A DNA stretch of 64,000 bases. Origin: Bacteroidota bacterium. GTDB taxonomy: Bacteria > Bacteroidota > Bacteroidia > AKYH767-A > OLB10. The translations under genes were made by a program, and so were the position numbers. The stretch is from positions 2,371 through 66,370 of the forward strand of contig CANFIN010000001.1 in the NCBI GenBank assembly GCA_947447155.1. Direction: 5' to 3'. Positions 1 through 9,466 of the stretch are shown in pieces; position 1 is the stretch's first letter, and every line of letters starts with the position of its first letter. Under the pieces are notes generated by a model, which did not search any database, was not told where the DNA came from, and was given only the letters and a program-made list of their open reading frames with translations.

Positions 1-705
1 TACGCAGCAGTAGTAGGCGTGAAGCGCACAATTGCTAATCCAGTAATGGTTTTAAACGACTTAAATGGTATTCGTAATATTCTTAATCTAAGTAAAAATA
101 CAGGGGTAAAGCGTGTTTATTATTCTTCAAGTTCTGAGGTCTATGGTGAACCGGTAGAGTTTCCTCAAAATGAACATACAACTCCTCTAAACTCTCGACT
201 GCCTTATGCGATTGTAAAGAATGTAGGTGAGGCCTATCTAAGATCTTATTTTCAAGAATATGGATTGGAGTTTACAATATTTCGCTTCTTCAATACGTAT
301 GGTCCAAAGCAAAGTGAAGATTTTGTAATGTCTAAATTTTTATCAGCAGCATTAAGTAATCAGGATATTACAATTTATGGAGATGGTAGTCAAACAAGAA
401 CGTTCTGCTATGTGGATGATAATGTTGACGCATGTTTAAATGCTTTTTATAATAATCAAATTGTAAATGATGTTGCTAATATTGGCAGCGATTACGAAAT
501 AACAATTCTTGATCTTGCAAATAAAATCATCGAAATTGCAGGTTCTAAATCTAAAATCGTTTTTCTGCCTGCTTTGAAAGAAGGTGATATGACAAGACGA
601 TGTCCAGATATTGCAGTTGCTCGTCAATTGTTGAATCGCAGAATGACTTCCTTGGATGAAGGAATTAAGAAATTAATCGAAGAAAGACATTTAGTTTCTG
701 CATAA
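1..705 (+). CDS. NAD-dependent epimerase/dehydratase (extended SDR, UDP-sugar epimerase/decarboxylase-like), 5'-truncated by the window edge
   Basis: Frame 1 is open from nt 1 (YAAVVGV...), so the GTG at 19 is not the true start. SSSEVYG, catalytic YAIVK (YxxxK) and FRFFNTYGP are typical of the C-terminal two thirds of extended SDRs. Confidence 0.8.
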   Translation, partial: YAAVVGVKRTIANPVMVLNDLNGIRNILNLSKNTGVKRVYYSSSSEVYGEPVEFPQNEHTTPLNSRLPYAIVKNVGEAYLRSYFQEYGLEFTIFRFFNTYGPKQSEDFVMSKFLSAALSNQDITIYGDGSQTRTFCYVDDNVDACLNAFYNNQIVNDVANIGSDYEITILDLANKIIEIAGSKSKIVFLPALKEGDMTRRCPDIAVARQLLNRRMTSLDEGIKKLIEERHLVSA

Positions 706-1677
706 ATGAAATCACTTCCTGAGCTTTCTGATTTAATTCATCAGTCAGTAAATAAACTCCAATTTCCTGTAAGCCCTAAAGGCTTATATGACCCTATTAG
801 GTATATGCTTTCTCTTGGAGGTAAACGTATGCGTCCGGTTCTTACATTAATGGCTTGTGATGCGTTTAATGGAGATGTTGAGCGCGCTATTTCTCCAGCA
901 TTGGGATTGGAAGTCTTTCATAATTTTACGTTACTGCATGATGATATTATGGATAATGCTCCACTTCGTAGATCAAAACCTACAGTTCACGAAAAGTGGA
1001 ATTCTAATATCGCAATTTTAGCAGGTGATGCAATGTTCGTACAGTCATGCCAGTTAGTAATGGATACTCATTCAAGCGTTGTAAAAGAAGTAATGGAAGT
1101 GTTTACAAAAACCGCTTTGGAAGTTTGCGAAGGTCAGCAGTATGATATGGATTTCGAATCAATGAATGAGGTAAGCATCGAAGAGTATATTGATATGATT
1201 CGATTGAAAACAGCAGTATTGTTAGGAGCCTCGCTTAAAATCGGAGCTCTCATAGGAAATGCTGATAGCGAAGCGGCTAGTCACCTCTACGACTTCGGTG
1301 TAAACCTTGGAATTGCATTTCAGCTTCAAGATGATATTCTTGATGTTTATGGGGATGCAAGCTTTTTTGGTAAACAAGTAGGAGGAGATATACTTGCAAA
1401 TAAAAAAACATATTTACTCATAACTGCGCTTAATAAAGCGAATGGTGAAATAAAAGAGGAACTTGCTGGCTGGATAAATAGTAATGATAAAACCGAACTT
1501 AAAGTCAATTCGGTTACCGCTATTTATGATAAACTAAGTGTAAGACAAATTGCAGAAAGTAAAATGCATACACTTTATAATGATGCACTGCAGCATTTAA
1601 ATGCAATTCCTATTGCTGAAGATCGTAAACAACCGTTGAAAGATCTTGCAGATTCATTAATGAATCGTAAAAACTAA
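706..1677 (+). CDS. Polyprenyl diphosphate synthase (FPP/GGPP synthase family)
   Basis: Two Asp-rich motifs, LLHDDIMDN and FQLQDDILDV. 323 aa. The ATG directly abuts the upstream TAA. Confidence 0.9.
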   Translation: MKSLPELSDLIHQSVNKLQFPVSPKGLYDPIRYMLSLGGKRMRPVLTLMACDAFNGDVERAISPALGLEVFHNFTLLHDDIMDNAPLRRSKPTVHEKWNSNIAILAGDAMFVQSCQLVMDTHSSVVKEVMEVFTKTALEVCEGQQYDMDFESMNEVSIEEYIDMIRLKTAVLLGASLKIGALIGNADSEAASHLYDFGVNLGIAFQLQDDILDVYGDASFFGKQVGGDILANKKTYLLITALNKANGEIKEELAGWINSNDKTELKVNSVTAIYDKLSVRQIAESKMHTLYNDALQHLNAIPIAEDRKQPLKDLADSLMNRKN

Positions 1678-2759
1678 GCTCTTCCTAATTCTTTTAAGTG
1701 GCGCAAGTGTGCCCCAACTGCACTAACAAATGTAGGGTATTCAATATATTGAACATTGAATTCTCTGCATGTGTCGCGTACAATTTTACTTATTTCCGGA
1801 TAATGTATGTGACTAATCTTTGGGAACAAGTGATGCTCAACCTGAAAATTTAATCCACCCATAAACCAACTAATCACTTTATTGTGTGTTGCAAAATTTG
1901 CAGTTGTGTTAATCTGATGTAATGCCCACTCACTTTCAATTTTATTAGTGTTATTATCTGGCGATGGGAATTTAGTGTCTTCTACAACATGCGCTAATTG
2001 AAATACAACTGCTATAACTAATCCAGTTACAAATAGTACTACTCCATAACCTAATAATGCATCAACCAAACCATGCTTATATGAAGGTAAAACAATCAAT
2101 AAAGAAATGTAAGTTATTTTAGTAATCCAGAATCCAAAATGTTCTGAAAGTTTCATTTTACGAATTGGAGTTGGACCAACTTTTCCAGTAAAATATTTTT
2201 TGAAGTCATTACCGAATATCCAGATGAAGTAAGTTAATCCATACAGTAATACCCAATAGATATGTTGAAATCTATGAATCCAAAATTTCTTTTGGTGTTC
2301 ATTAACGCGCATTAACGGACCAATTGCAATATCATCATCAACACCTTCAATATTTGTATAAGTATGGTGAATAATGTTATGCTTAATCTTCCACATAAAA
2401 CTTGAGCAGCCCATCATGTTTAAAGAATAAGACATGATATTATTCAAATGTTTGTTAGAAGAGTAGGAGCCATGAGCACCATCATGCATTACATTAAATC
2501 CAATGCTCGCAAAGGTTAATCCAAGTATAGCACACAGTCCTATTTGAATACCCCAATGTAAATCACCTAAAACTAAAAGTAGATAGGTGGTAATTGCTAC
2601 GGAAGCTAATATAATTGTTTTGCTAAACAGTTTATAGTTACCAGTAGCAGGGATGTTGTGAGTTTCGAAATAAGCGTCTGTTTTCTCTCTTAAAGCGTCA
2701 AACAACGGACTTTGCTTATTGTTAAATGTAATTTTTCTCATAGTTGCAAATTTAATCAT
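1674..2759 (-). CDS. Membrane fatty-acid desaturase, front-end (Delta6-like) type without a cytochrome b5 domain
   Basis: His boxes HDGAHG, HNIIHH and QVEHH (Gln in the third box), plus several hydrophobic spans. 361 aa. Confidence 0.85.
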   Translation of the reverse strand: MIKFATMRKITFNNKQSPLFDALREKTDAYFETHNIPATGNYKLFSKTIILASVAITTYLLLVLGDLHWGIQIGLCAILGLTFASIGFNVMHDGAHGSYSSNKHLNNIMSYSLNMMGCSSFMWKIKHNIIHHTYTNIEGVDDDIAIGPLMRVNEHQKKFWIHRFQHIYWVLLYGLTYFIWIFGNDFKKYFTGKVGPTPIRKMKLSEHFGFWITKITYISLLIVLPSYKHGLVDALLGYGVVLFVTGLVIAVVFQLAHVVEDTKFPSPDNNTNKIESEWALHQINTTANFATHNKVISWFMGGLNFQVEHHLFPKISHIHYPEISKIVRDTCREFNVQYIEYPTFVSAVGAHLRHLKELGRA

Positions 2760-2868
2760 TAAATCTAATTTATAAAAACTACACAGTAATAATTATTATT
2801 AGCAATTTTCACTGTTAAATTTTGAATATCACTTGTTTAAGGTAGTTTTTATGTATCCCTATGCATTA

Positions 2869-4338
2869 TTAGTTCGATTCAAAATCGAACTTGGCTATAT
2901 ACAGTTGTCTTTTTATTAGAACAGGAGCACATGTTATGCTAACGTCTGTCTGTCTATTATACTTCGGAATTATCGCATCAATGTTTGATTTGTTAATTCG
3001 TTTACTCGTTAGTTGCCCATCTTTATTTATCAATACATGCATTAATTCGAAATTTCTTCCCGAATCTTTATTGTAAATGATTCCTATTTCGTCGCTGTTT
3101 AAGTACGATGCAAATGAAGAGAATATTCCAAAATCGTCCATCGATACTTGTTCCTTCTTAATCACTTTGCACCAATCAATGTTTCCATCAGGCGATATAG
3201 AGAATAAAACGATATTGTCAAAGTGATATTCAGTCCTTCTGTTAAATGTTTGAGTGAACTGATCATAAAATGAATATTCACTTAAATATTGAGCTTCTGC
3301 AACAAGTAAAGCACCGCCATCTTCTCTAGGTATTAAGTCTTGTATTGTATAATTGTCAAGACTGATTCCACTATTGTTTCTTTCTCCTATTAATTCTTTT
3401 AAACTGCTACCTTGTATTGAATAGTTTACTTCTCTGAAATTAAAAAGTGAATCTATAATTAATAGCTTAATACCAGAACCACTATAAGATGTATGGTCTA
3501 CACCAATACCCCCACAAACTATTTCGTTTTTTACCGGATTGTATTTAATGATGAAATCTGATATTGGAGAATTGATATCGCTTACAACTTTTTCTATAAC
3601 TGAATTGATCGATGCTAGATAACAAAAAAGGTACTGTGATTTTTGCTTTTTATTTTCTTTGCTTTTGACTTGTCCGCTTGAATAAAAGTTGTTGAAGTTG
3701 TCTAGCATAAAATTGCTTAAGTACAATTGCCCGCTTCCAAAATTTAATTTGAATGCATTATTGCTAATGCTACCTGTGTTGCTATATGTTAGTATATTTA
3801 TATTTTGATTTTTATCGTCTGATTCATTAATGTAAACTCCGAAATTGTTTTTGTTTGGGCTTATTAGCACTCTGATTTTTTCTAGATTATTAAACTTGCT
3901 AATCGTAACAGAACCTAATTTATTTTTTAATTGTACAGATTTCCCATCTGAGTTATACGAGTCATAATAAATTTCAATGTTGCTATTGTCTTTTGAAAAT
4001 AAACTATAAACTAAAATTATTTTGTTGTCGAATGTAAAAATGTTTTCTATTGTACCACCATTAATACTACAGCTCATTGGAGTCTGCCATTTTCTTGTTA
4101 ATTTATCATCAAAAAAACTAATTTGTAGTTTTCTGGTTTTTAAGCCTACGCGCTCTTTGTCTGTTCCAATTGGTATATTGCTCTGAAGTACTACATAACC
4201 TTCATCAAGTTTTCCAATTACAGATGCGTAATCAAAACCACCTTGATTGATATTAGTAGAAGATAATTGTACTGACTGACAAAAGGTAAAGGAGAATGAA
4301 AAAAGTAATAATAATGTGAGAGTTGCTCTATAGCTCAT
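2869..4338 (-). CDS. Secreted protein of unknown function (489 aa)
   Basis: ATG start and signal peptide (TLLLLFSFSFTFCQS). Asn/Ser/Ile-rich, beta-type composition. I recognise no motif. Confidence 0.6.
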   Translation of the reverse strand: MSYRATLTLLLLFSFSFTFCQSVQLSSTNINQGGFDYASVIGKLDEGYVVLQSNIPIGTDKERVGLKTRKLQISFFDDKLTRKWQTPMSCSINGGTIENIFTFDNKIILVYSLFSKDNSNIEIYYDSYNSDGKSVQLKNKLGSVTISKFNNLEKIRVLISPNKNNFGVYINESDDKNQNINILTYSNTGSISNNAFKLNFGSGQLYLSNFMLDNFNNFYSSGQVKSKENKKQKSQYLFCYLASINSVIEKVVSDINSPISDFIIKYNPVKNEIVCGGIGVDHTSYSGSGIKLLIIDSLFNFREVNYSIQGSSLKELIGERNNSGISLDNYTIQDLIPREDGGALLVAEAQYLSEYSFYDQFTQTFNRRTEYHFDNIVLFSISPDGNIDWCKVIKKEQVSMDDFGIFSSFASYLNSDEIGIIYNKDSGRNFELMHVLINKDGQLTSKRINKSNIDAIIPKYNRQTDVSITCAPVLIKRQLYIAKFDFESN

Positions 4339-4342
4339 TAAT

Positions 4343-4987
4343 TCAATAATTTTTTAAGAATGGATTATTGGCTTTTTCGTATCCAATGCTCGTTGATGGT
4401 CCGTGTCCTGGGTATACAATTGTATCCTCATCTAATTTAAACAGTTTTTCAGATATTGAATTTAGCAATGTTTCTAAATCTCCTCCTGGCAAATCTGTTC
4501 GACCAATACTGTTTTTAAATAAGACGTCCCCACCAATTAAATATTTTTCACTTTCATTATAAAAACAAACACTTCCTGGTGAATGACCTGGAGTGAAAAT
4601 AACTTTTAATGTCGTTTCTCCAAAGGTTATAGCTCCCCCTTCTTTAAGACAAATTTCAGGCGCTGGTGATTCATCCATAAATAACCCAAATGAGGAGCCT
4701 AATGTCTTAGCATGATTTAATACAATTAATTCTTCAGCATGAATTTTCGGACTCAAACCAAAGCTCTCTTTTATGAATGCATTACCCATTACATGGTCGG
4801 TATGGCAATGAGTGTTTAATAGGTGAACTGGTTGTAACCCTGATTCTTGAATATAATCAAAGAGTTCTTTTTTCTCTTCAGGATAATAACATCCTGGGTC
4901 AATAATTACGCACAAGTTATTTTCGTTGCTAATTACATATGTATTTTCTTGTGTCGGATTGAAAGTAAAATATTTTATTGTGTTCAT
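4343..4987 (-). CDS. MBL-fold metallo-hydrolase (glyoxalase II-like)
   Basis: HCHTDH (HxHxDH) motif and later metal ligands (TPGHSPGS, GGDVLF, PGHG). 214 aa. Confidence 0.85.
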   Translation of the reverse strand: MNTIKYFTFNPTQENTYVISNENNLCVIIDPGCYYPEEKKELFDYIQESGLQPVHLLNTHCHTDHVMGNAFIKESFGLSPKIHAEELIVLNHAKTLGSSFGLFMDESPAPEICLKEGGAITFGETTLKVIFTPGHSPGSVCFYNESEKYLIGGDVLFKNSIGRTDLPGGDLETLLNSISEKLFKLDEDTIVYPGHGPSTSIGYEKANNPFLKNY

Positions 4988-6085
4988 TTAATTTTTATTT
5001 GGCTTATATCCCGATTCATTAAGTATTGATTTACCATCATTCATATTAAAAAGTGCCTCTAGTTTTACTCCTTCATGCTTGTGCATGTAAGACCTTACTA
5101 TTTGCCAACCAATAAATGCACCTAGCTTTGCAGGCGATTCTTTAGGAAATCCACTCGTTGTATTGCCATCGTTAATAAACTTTAAATATAGTTTAGGCTT
5201 ATTGCTGAATAAAAGATTGTTGTCCACAAAAACTTTCCAAATATTCTGTTCGTTTTCAAATGCCCAATCTAATTGTTTTGATGAATAGCCGATTTTAATA
5301 GTGTCGTCCGCTTCAGGTACTAATAACTCAAGTGCGTATAAAACCTTGCCTTGATAGATAATTTGATTAATAAAACTTTGGTCCGCTGTATCATTCATGT
5401 AATCGCTATCAAGCCATCCTTTCATTGCATCTGTAATTAGATAATCCCGACTGAATTTTTTAATTAAATAAAGTGGCATACCAGTGCTGGGATAGTATTT
5501 GTAATCTGAACCCAGATAAGCATGTAGTCCAATTCCTAAGTTGCTTTCTGTTGCTGTGATGTTAGTGTAAAAAGGAGATAGATATGTTGTGATTGATGGA
5601 ATTTTTTTATTTGGAAATGCGACATGATATCTGCTAAAAACATTTGTTAAACTATCGCTCAGTCCTTCAATGTTTGAATATTTCTTATTTGCATCGCTAA
5701 AGACTTCAAGCATGTATTTATCGTGTGTGTATTGCTTTAAATTGTTTATTAACTCTTGGCTAGTTGGCAAGGTTACTTTATCATCTACTTTTATTAACAT
5801 TGATCTGGTTGCAATACCCGATAATTTTAAACACCATAAATCAAAAAAATCTCCATATTTATTTCGAAGCTTGTTGACAGAAAGGCTATCAAATTCTCTA
5901 ATTAAAAACAAATCCTGTTCAAATCGATTAACCTTTAAGGATATTTTAATATCTGGTATTTCTACCGGTTCAGGAGCATTTTTTTTCTTTTTGTTTTCAG
6001 TGCAACTGCTGAGCCCAATTATTATTCCAAATAAGGATATAACTATTGCAAATTTTCCTAATTTTAACGCATCAAATATGTACAT
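4988..6085 (-). CDS. gldB: Gliding motility lipoprotein GldB
   Basis: Lipoprotein signal with lipobox (IIGLSSC), RFEQDLF-type N-terminal motif, appropriate size. It sits next to nadE, a common arrangement in Flavobacteriia-type genomes. Assignment is from memory of the family, not from a search. Confidence 0.65.
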   Translation of the reverse strand: MYIFDALKLGKFAIVISLFGIIIGLSSCTENKKKKNAPEPVEIPDIKISLKVNRFEQDLFLIREFDSLSVNKLRNKYGDFFDLWCLKLSGIATRSMLIKVDDKVTLPTSQELINNLKQYTHDKYMLEVFSDANKKYSNIEGLSDSLTNVFSRYHVAFPNKKIPSITTYLSPFYTNITATESNLGIGLHAYLGSDYKYYPSTGMPLYLIKKFSRDYLITDAMKGWLDSDYMNDTADQSFINQIIYQGKVLYALELLVPEADDTIKIGYSSKQLDWAFENEQNIWKVFVDNNLLFSNKPKLYLKFINDGNTTSGFPKESPAKLGAFIGWQIVRSYMHKHEGVKLEALFNMNDGKSILNESGYKPNKN

Positions 6086-6086
6086 T

Positions 6087-6725
6087 ATGAAGAATAAGTT
6101 TTTAGTAGTTTTATTGATAGTTATCTTGTCTGCGAATATAACGAACGCACAGGAACAAAAATTTCATTTTGGGTTAAAAGTTGCACCTACTATCGCTTGG
6201 ATGAAGCCAGATACAAAAGGATTAAATCGCGATGGTTCTAAATTAGGTTTTACATATGGCTTGATGGGGGAGAGTAATTTTGCACCCAATTATGCTTTTA
6301 CATACGGAGCGCAGGTTACTTATCGTGGAGGAATTCTGAAATATGATACTGTTGCAATTTTTCCTCGAACAAGTTATGTTCTTAAGTATGTTGAGCTTCC
6401 AATCGGAATTAAAATGAAAACAAATGAGTTTAATCATTATCGCTATTTTGGGCAGTTTGGAATAGTGCCAGGTTTAAATTTATCAGCTAAGTCTGCAACT
6501 GAAAAAGAATCAAATATTGAATCAAAAGCCTACATCACAGATATTAATATGTCGATGATGATTGCTGTAGGTACAGAATATACTATTTCGGGTTCAACTA
6601 CTTTTTTAGCGTCTCTAGAATTTAATAATGGATTTATAGATGTTTTGACAAAGTCGAAAGATTCAGACCCGCAATTCAAGGCTATTTCTAATTATGTTGC
6701 TTTGAATCTTGGGATAATGTTTTAA
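6087..6725 (+). CDS. Small outer-membrane beta-barrel protein (OMP_b-brl_2 / PorT-like porin family)
   Basis: The real start is the ATG at 6087 (MKNKFLVVLLIVILSANITNAQ signal peptide), not 5670. Alternating beta-strand pattern with a C-terminal ...LNLGIMF. Confidence 0.65.
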   Translation: MKNKFLVVLLIVILSANITNAQEQKFHFGLKVAPTIAWMKPDTKGLNRDGSKLGFTYGLMGESNFAPNYAFTYGAQVTYRGGILKYDTVAIFPRTSYVLKYVELPIGIKMKTNEFNHYRYFGQFGIVPGLNLSAKSATEKESNIESKAYITDINMSMMIAVGTEYTISGSTTFLASLEFNNGFIDVLTKSKDSDPQFKAISNYVALNLGIMF

Positions 6726-6746
6726 TTAAATCCCATTTAATCTAAG

Positions 6747-8393
6747 ATGTTGCGTATAGCACTCGCTCAGTTGAATTATCATGTAGGTAATTTAACATTC
6801 AATAAGAATATCATTCTCGATAAAATTCATCAATCGATTAATCAAAATGTCGACTTATTAGTTTTTTCAGAGCTGTCATTGTGTGGTTATCCTCCTTTAG
6901 ATTTACTCAATTACGAACACTTTATAGAAAACTGTAACAGTGATTTGAAGCAAATTGCAAAGCATTGTAAGAATATTTCTGTCATCATAGGAGCTCCAAC
7001 AGTTAATCCAGATGTTAATGGAAAGAACTTATTTAATTCTGCAGTGCTAATTCAGAATGGTGAAATAACCGAAATCAGAAATAAATCACTCTTGCCAACC
7101 TATGATATTTTTGATGAGTATCGCTGGTTTGAACAAAATAAATCATTTGCCTGCGTAGAGGTGAAAGGAGTAAAAATTGCTTTAACAATCTGCGAAGATC
7201 TTTGGAACATGGATGCAGATCCATTGTACACCAACTGGCCAATGAATGAACTGGTAAAAGAGTCGCCATCACTCATGGTTAATATTGCTGCTTCTCCATT
7301 TAATTTTAATCACGAAGAGGAAAGAAAAAATATTTTAAGAAAGAATGTCTCAAATTATCACCTGCCTCTTGTATATGTAAATCAAATTGGCGCTAATACC
7401 GATGTTGTTTTTGATGGTGGATCATTAGCAATGAATGCCGATGGAACTATCATTAAAGAGCTTGATTATTTTAAAGAGGACTTTTTAATTGTAGATTTTG
7501 ATACGACTACAAAATCATTTACTACCGACAAAAAAGTTAATTACGAAACACCTTCTAAAATTTCTAAAATTAATAATGCACTCATACTTGGCATAAAAGA
7601 TTATTTTGGAAAGTCCGGTTTTAAAAAAGCAATCGTTGGTTTGTCGGGTGGGATTGATTCTGCAGTAGTGCTGTCATTAGCTGCCGAGGCTTTGGGATCG
7701 GAAAATGTGCATGCAGTTTTAATGCCTTCAGAGTTTTCTTCACAGCATTCTATCGATGATGCATTGCACTTAGTTGAAAAATTAAAGTGTTCTCACGAAA
7801 TCATTTCAATTGCGGATATATTTAACCGTTATGAAGGTGCTCTAGAAGAATCATTCAAGGAAACAAGTTTTAATGTAGCTGAAGAAAATATTCAATCACG
7901 TATTCGTGGTACTCTGTTAATGGCCATTAGTAATAAATTCGGATACATTTTGCTTAACACGTCTAATAAAAGCGAATTGGCCGTTGGGTATGGAACTCTG
8001 TACGGCGACATGAACGGCGGGTTGTCAGTGATTGGCGATTTATACAAGACAGAAGTTTATGAATTGGCAAATTATATTAACCGAAAAAATGAAGTAATTC
8101 CATTAAACACCATAACAAAAGCACCTTCGGCTGAATTACGTCCGAATCAAAAGGATTCTGATTCTTTACCTGATTATGAATTATTGGATGCTATTTTGTT
8201 TGAGTACATTGAGAAAACCAAAAGCGTTCATGCTATTATTCAAAAATTGAATAACGTTGATGTAGTAACGAAAGTAGTAAGAATGGTTAATGCTAACGAA
8301 TGGAAGCGACATCAATTTGCGCCAATCATAAGAGTTTCTACTAAGTCATTTGGTCGCGGCCGACGAATGCCAATTGTTGCAAAATACGATTAG
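6747..8393 (+). CDS. nadE: Glutamine-dependent NAD+ synthetase
   Basis: N-terminal CN-hydrolase domain (LVFSEL, LTICEDLW) fused to an NAD synthetase domain with the SGGIDS PP-loop. 548 aa. Confidence 0.95.
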   Translation: MLRIALAQLNYHVGNLTFNKNIILDKIHQSINQNVDLLVFSELSLCGYPPLDLLNYEHFIENCNSDLKQIAKHCKNISVIIGAPTVNPDVNGKNLFNSAVLIQNGEITEIRNKSLLPTYDIFDEYRWFEQNKSFACVEVKGVKIALTICEDLWNMDADPLYTNWPMNELVKESPSLMVNIAASPFNFNHEEERKNILRKNVSNYHLPLVYVNQIGANTDVVFDGGSLAMNADGTIIKELDYFKEDFLIVDFDTTTKSFTTDKKVNYETPSKISKINNALILGIKDYFGKSGFKKAIVGLSGGIDSAVVLSLAAEALGSENVHAVLMPSEFSSQHSIDDALHLVEKLKCSHEIISIADIFNRYEGALEESFKETSFNVAEENIQSRIRGTLLMAISNKFGYILLNTSNKSELAVGYGTLYGDMNGGLSVIGDLYKTEVYELANYINRKNEVIPLNTITKAPSAELRPNQKDSDSLPDYELLDAILFEYIEKTKSVHAIIQKLNNVDVVTKVVRMVNANEWKRHQFAPIIRVSTKSFGRGRRMPIVAKYD

Positions 8394-8396
8394 CAA

Positions 8397-9437
8397 TTAT
8401 TTTATTTCCCAGGTTTCTCCACCTCTTAATAAAGCTTCTAAATCACCTTCTCCTTTCTTGCTTTTAGCATATTGAATTTGTTCGTTCAATCCAACTTCAT
8501 AGCAAGGACGAGCCGATTCGTAAAACACGCCAAACGGTCTTGGTAAATGTCCTGTTCCTTCCACCGGTCTTTCAAAAAATCTAGATAGTAATCCTGCCTT
8601 AGTTAAATCGCTTTCATTGTGTACCCATAAGTCATTTACACTATATTTCCCATCTTCCAATGAAACAATAGTCGGTTTAAACCCATCAAGCATAATTCCT
8701 TTGTCGGAATTCTGACCAAAAACTAACGGCTTATTATTTTCTAAAAAGATTGTCTCTTCTTTCTTACTTGATTTTTCTGTAAAGATTTCAAATGTTCCAT
8801 CATTAAACACATTACAGTTTTGATAAATTTCCAATAATGATGTTCCTATATGTGCATTTGATCTTCTAAGCATGTCCTTCAAATGAATAGGGTCTCTATC
8901 CATCGACCTTGCAATAAAACTTCCTTCAGCTCCTAACGCTAATGCAATAGGGTTAAATGGATGGTCCAGAGATCCCATCGGAGTCGACTTAGTAATTTTT
9001 CCTTCTTCCGATGTTGGTGAATATTGTCCTTTTGTTAAACCATAAATTTCATTGTTGAACAAAAGTAGATTTACATTAAAATTTCTTCTTAATAAATGAA
9101 TAAAATGATTACCCCCAATAGATAATGAATCACCATCGCCTGAAATAATCCATACACTAAGTTCAGGTCGCGTTGCTTTCAATCCACTTGCAATGGCAGA
9201 AGCTCTACCATGAATAGAGTGCATTCCAAATGTTTCCATATAATAAGGAAAGCGTGATGAGCAGCCGATACCAGAGATAAAAACAATTTCTTCTCTTGGT
9301 ATTCCAAGTTCTGGCACTACAGTTTGAACTTGCTTTAATATTGAATAATCCCCGCAACCAGGACACCATCTTACTTCTTGATCTGTTACCAGATCTTTAC
9401 TTGTCATTGTCGGGGTTGTTGTGTTTGTTGTTTCCAT
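8397..9437 (-). CDS. korB: 2-oxoglutarate:ferredoxin oxidoreductase, beta (TPP-binding) subunit
   Basis: WCPGCGDY Cys motif and TPP-binding GDGDSLSIGGNH. It lies directly downstream of the alpha subunit. Confidence 0.85.
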   Translation of the reverse strand: METTNTTTPTMTSKDLVTDQEVRWCPGCGDYSILKQVQTVVPELGIPREEIVFISGIGCSSRFPYYMETFGMHSIHGRASAIASGLKATRPELSVWIISGDGDSLSIGGNHFIHLLRRNFNVNLLLFNNEIYGLTKGQYSPTSEEGKITKSTPMGSLDHPFNPIALALGAEGSFIARSMDRDPIHLKDMLRRSNAHIGTSLLEIYQNCNVFNDGTFEIFTEKSSKKEETIFLENNKPLVFGQNSDKGIMLDGFKPTIVSLEDGKYSVNDLWVHNESDLTKAGLLSRFFERPVEGTGHLPRPFGVFYESARPCYEVGLNEQIQYAKSKKGEGDLEALLRGGETWEIK

Positions 9438-9466
9438 TAAAATGTTGTCTAACGGTAATGTATATA

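Noticed and set aside
5670-6086. The ORF track extends the OMP gene 139 codons upstream, to 351 aa.
   Set aside because: The extension is entirely antisense to gldB and has no protein-like features. A canonical signal peptide begins at the internal ATG 6087, so the extension is an open antisense frame typical of AT-rich DNA.
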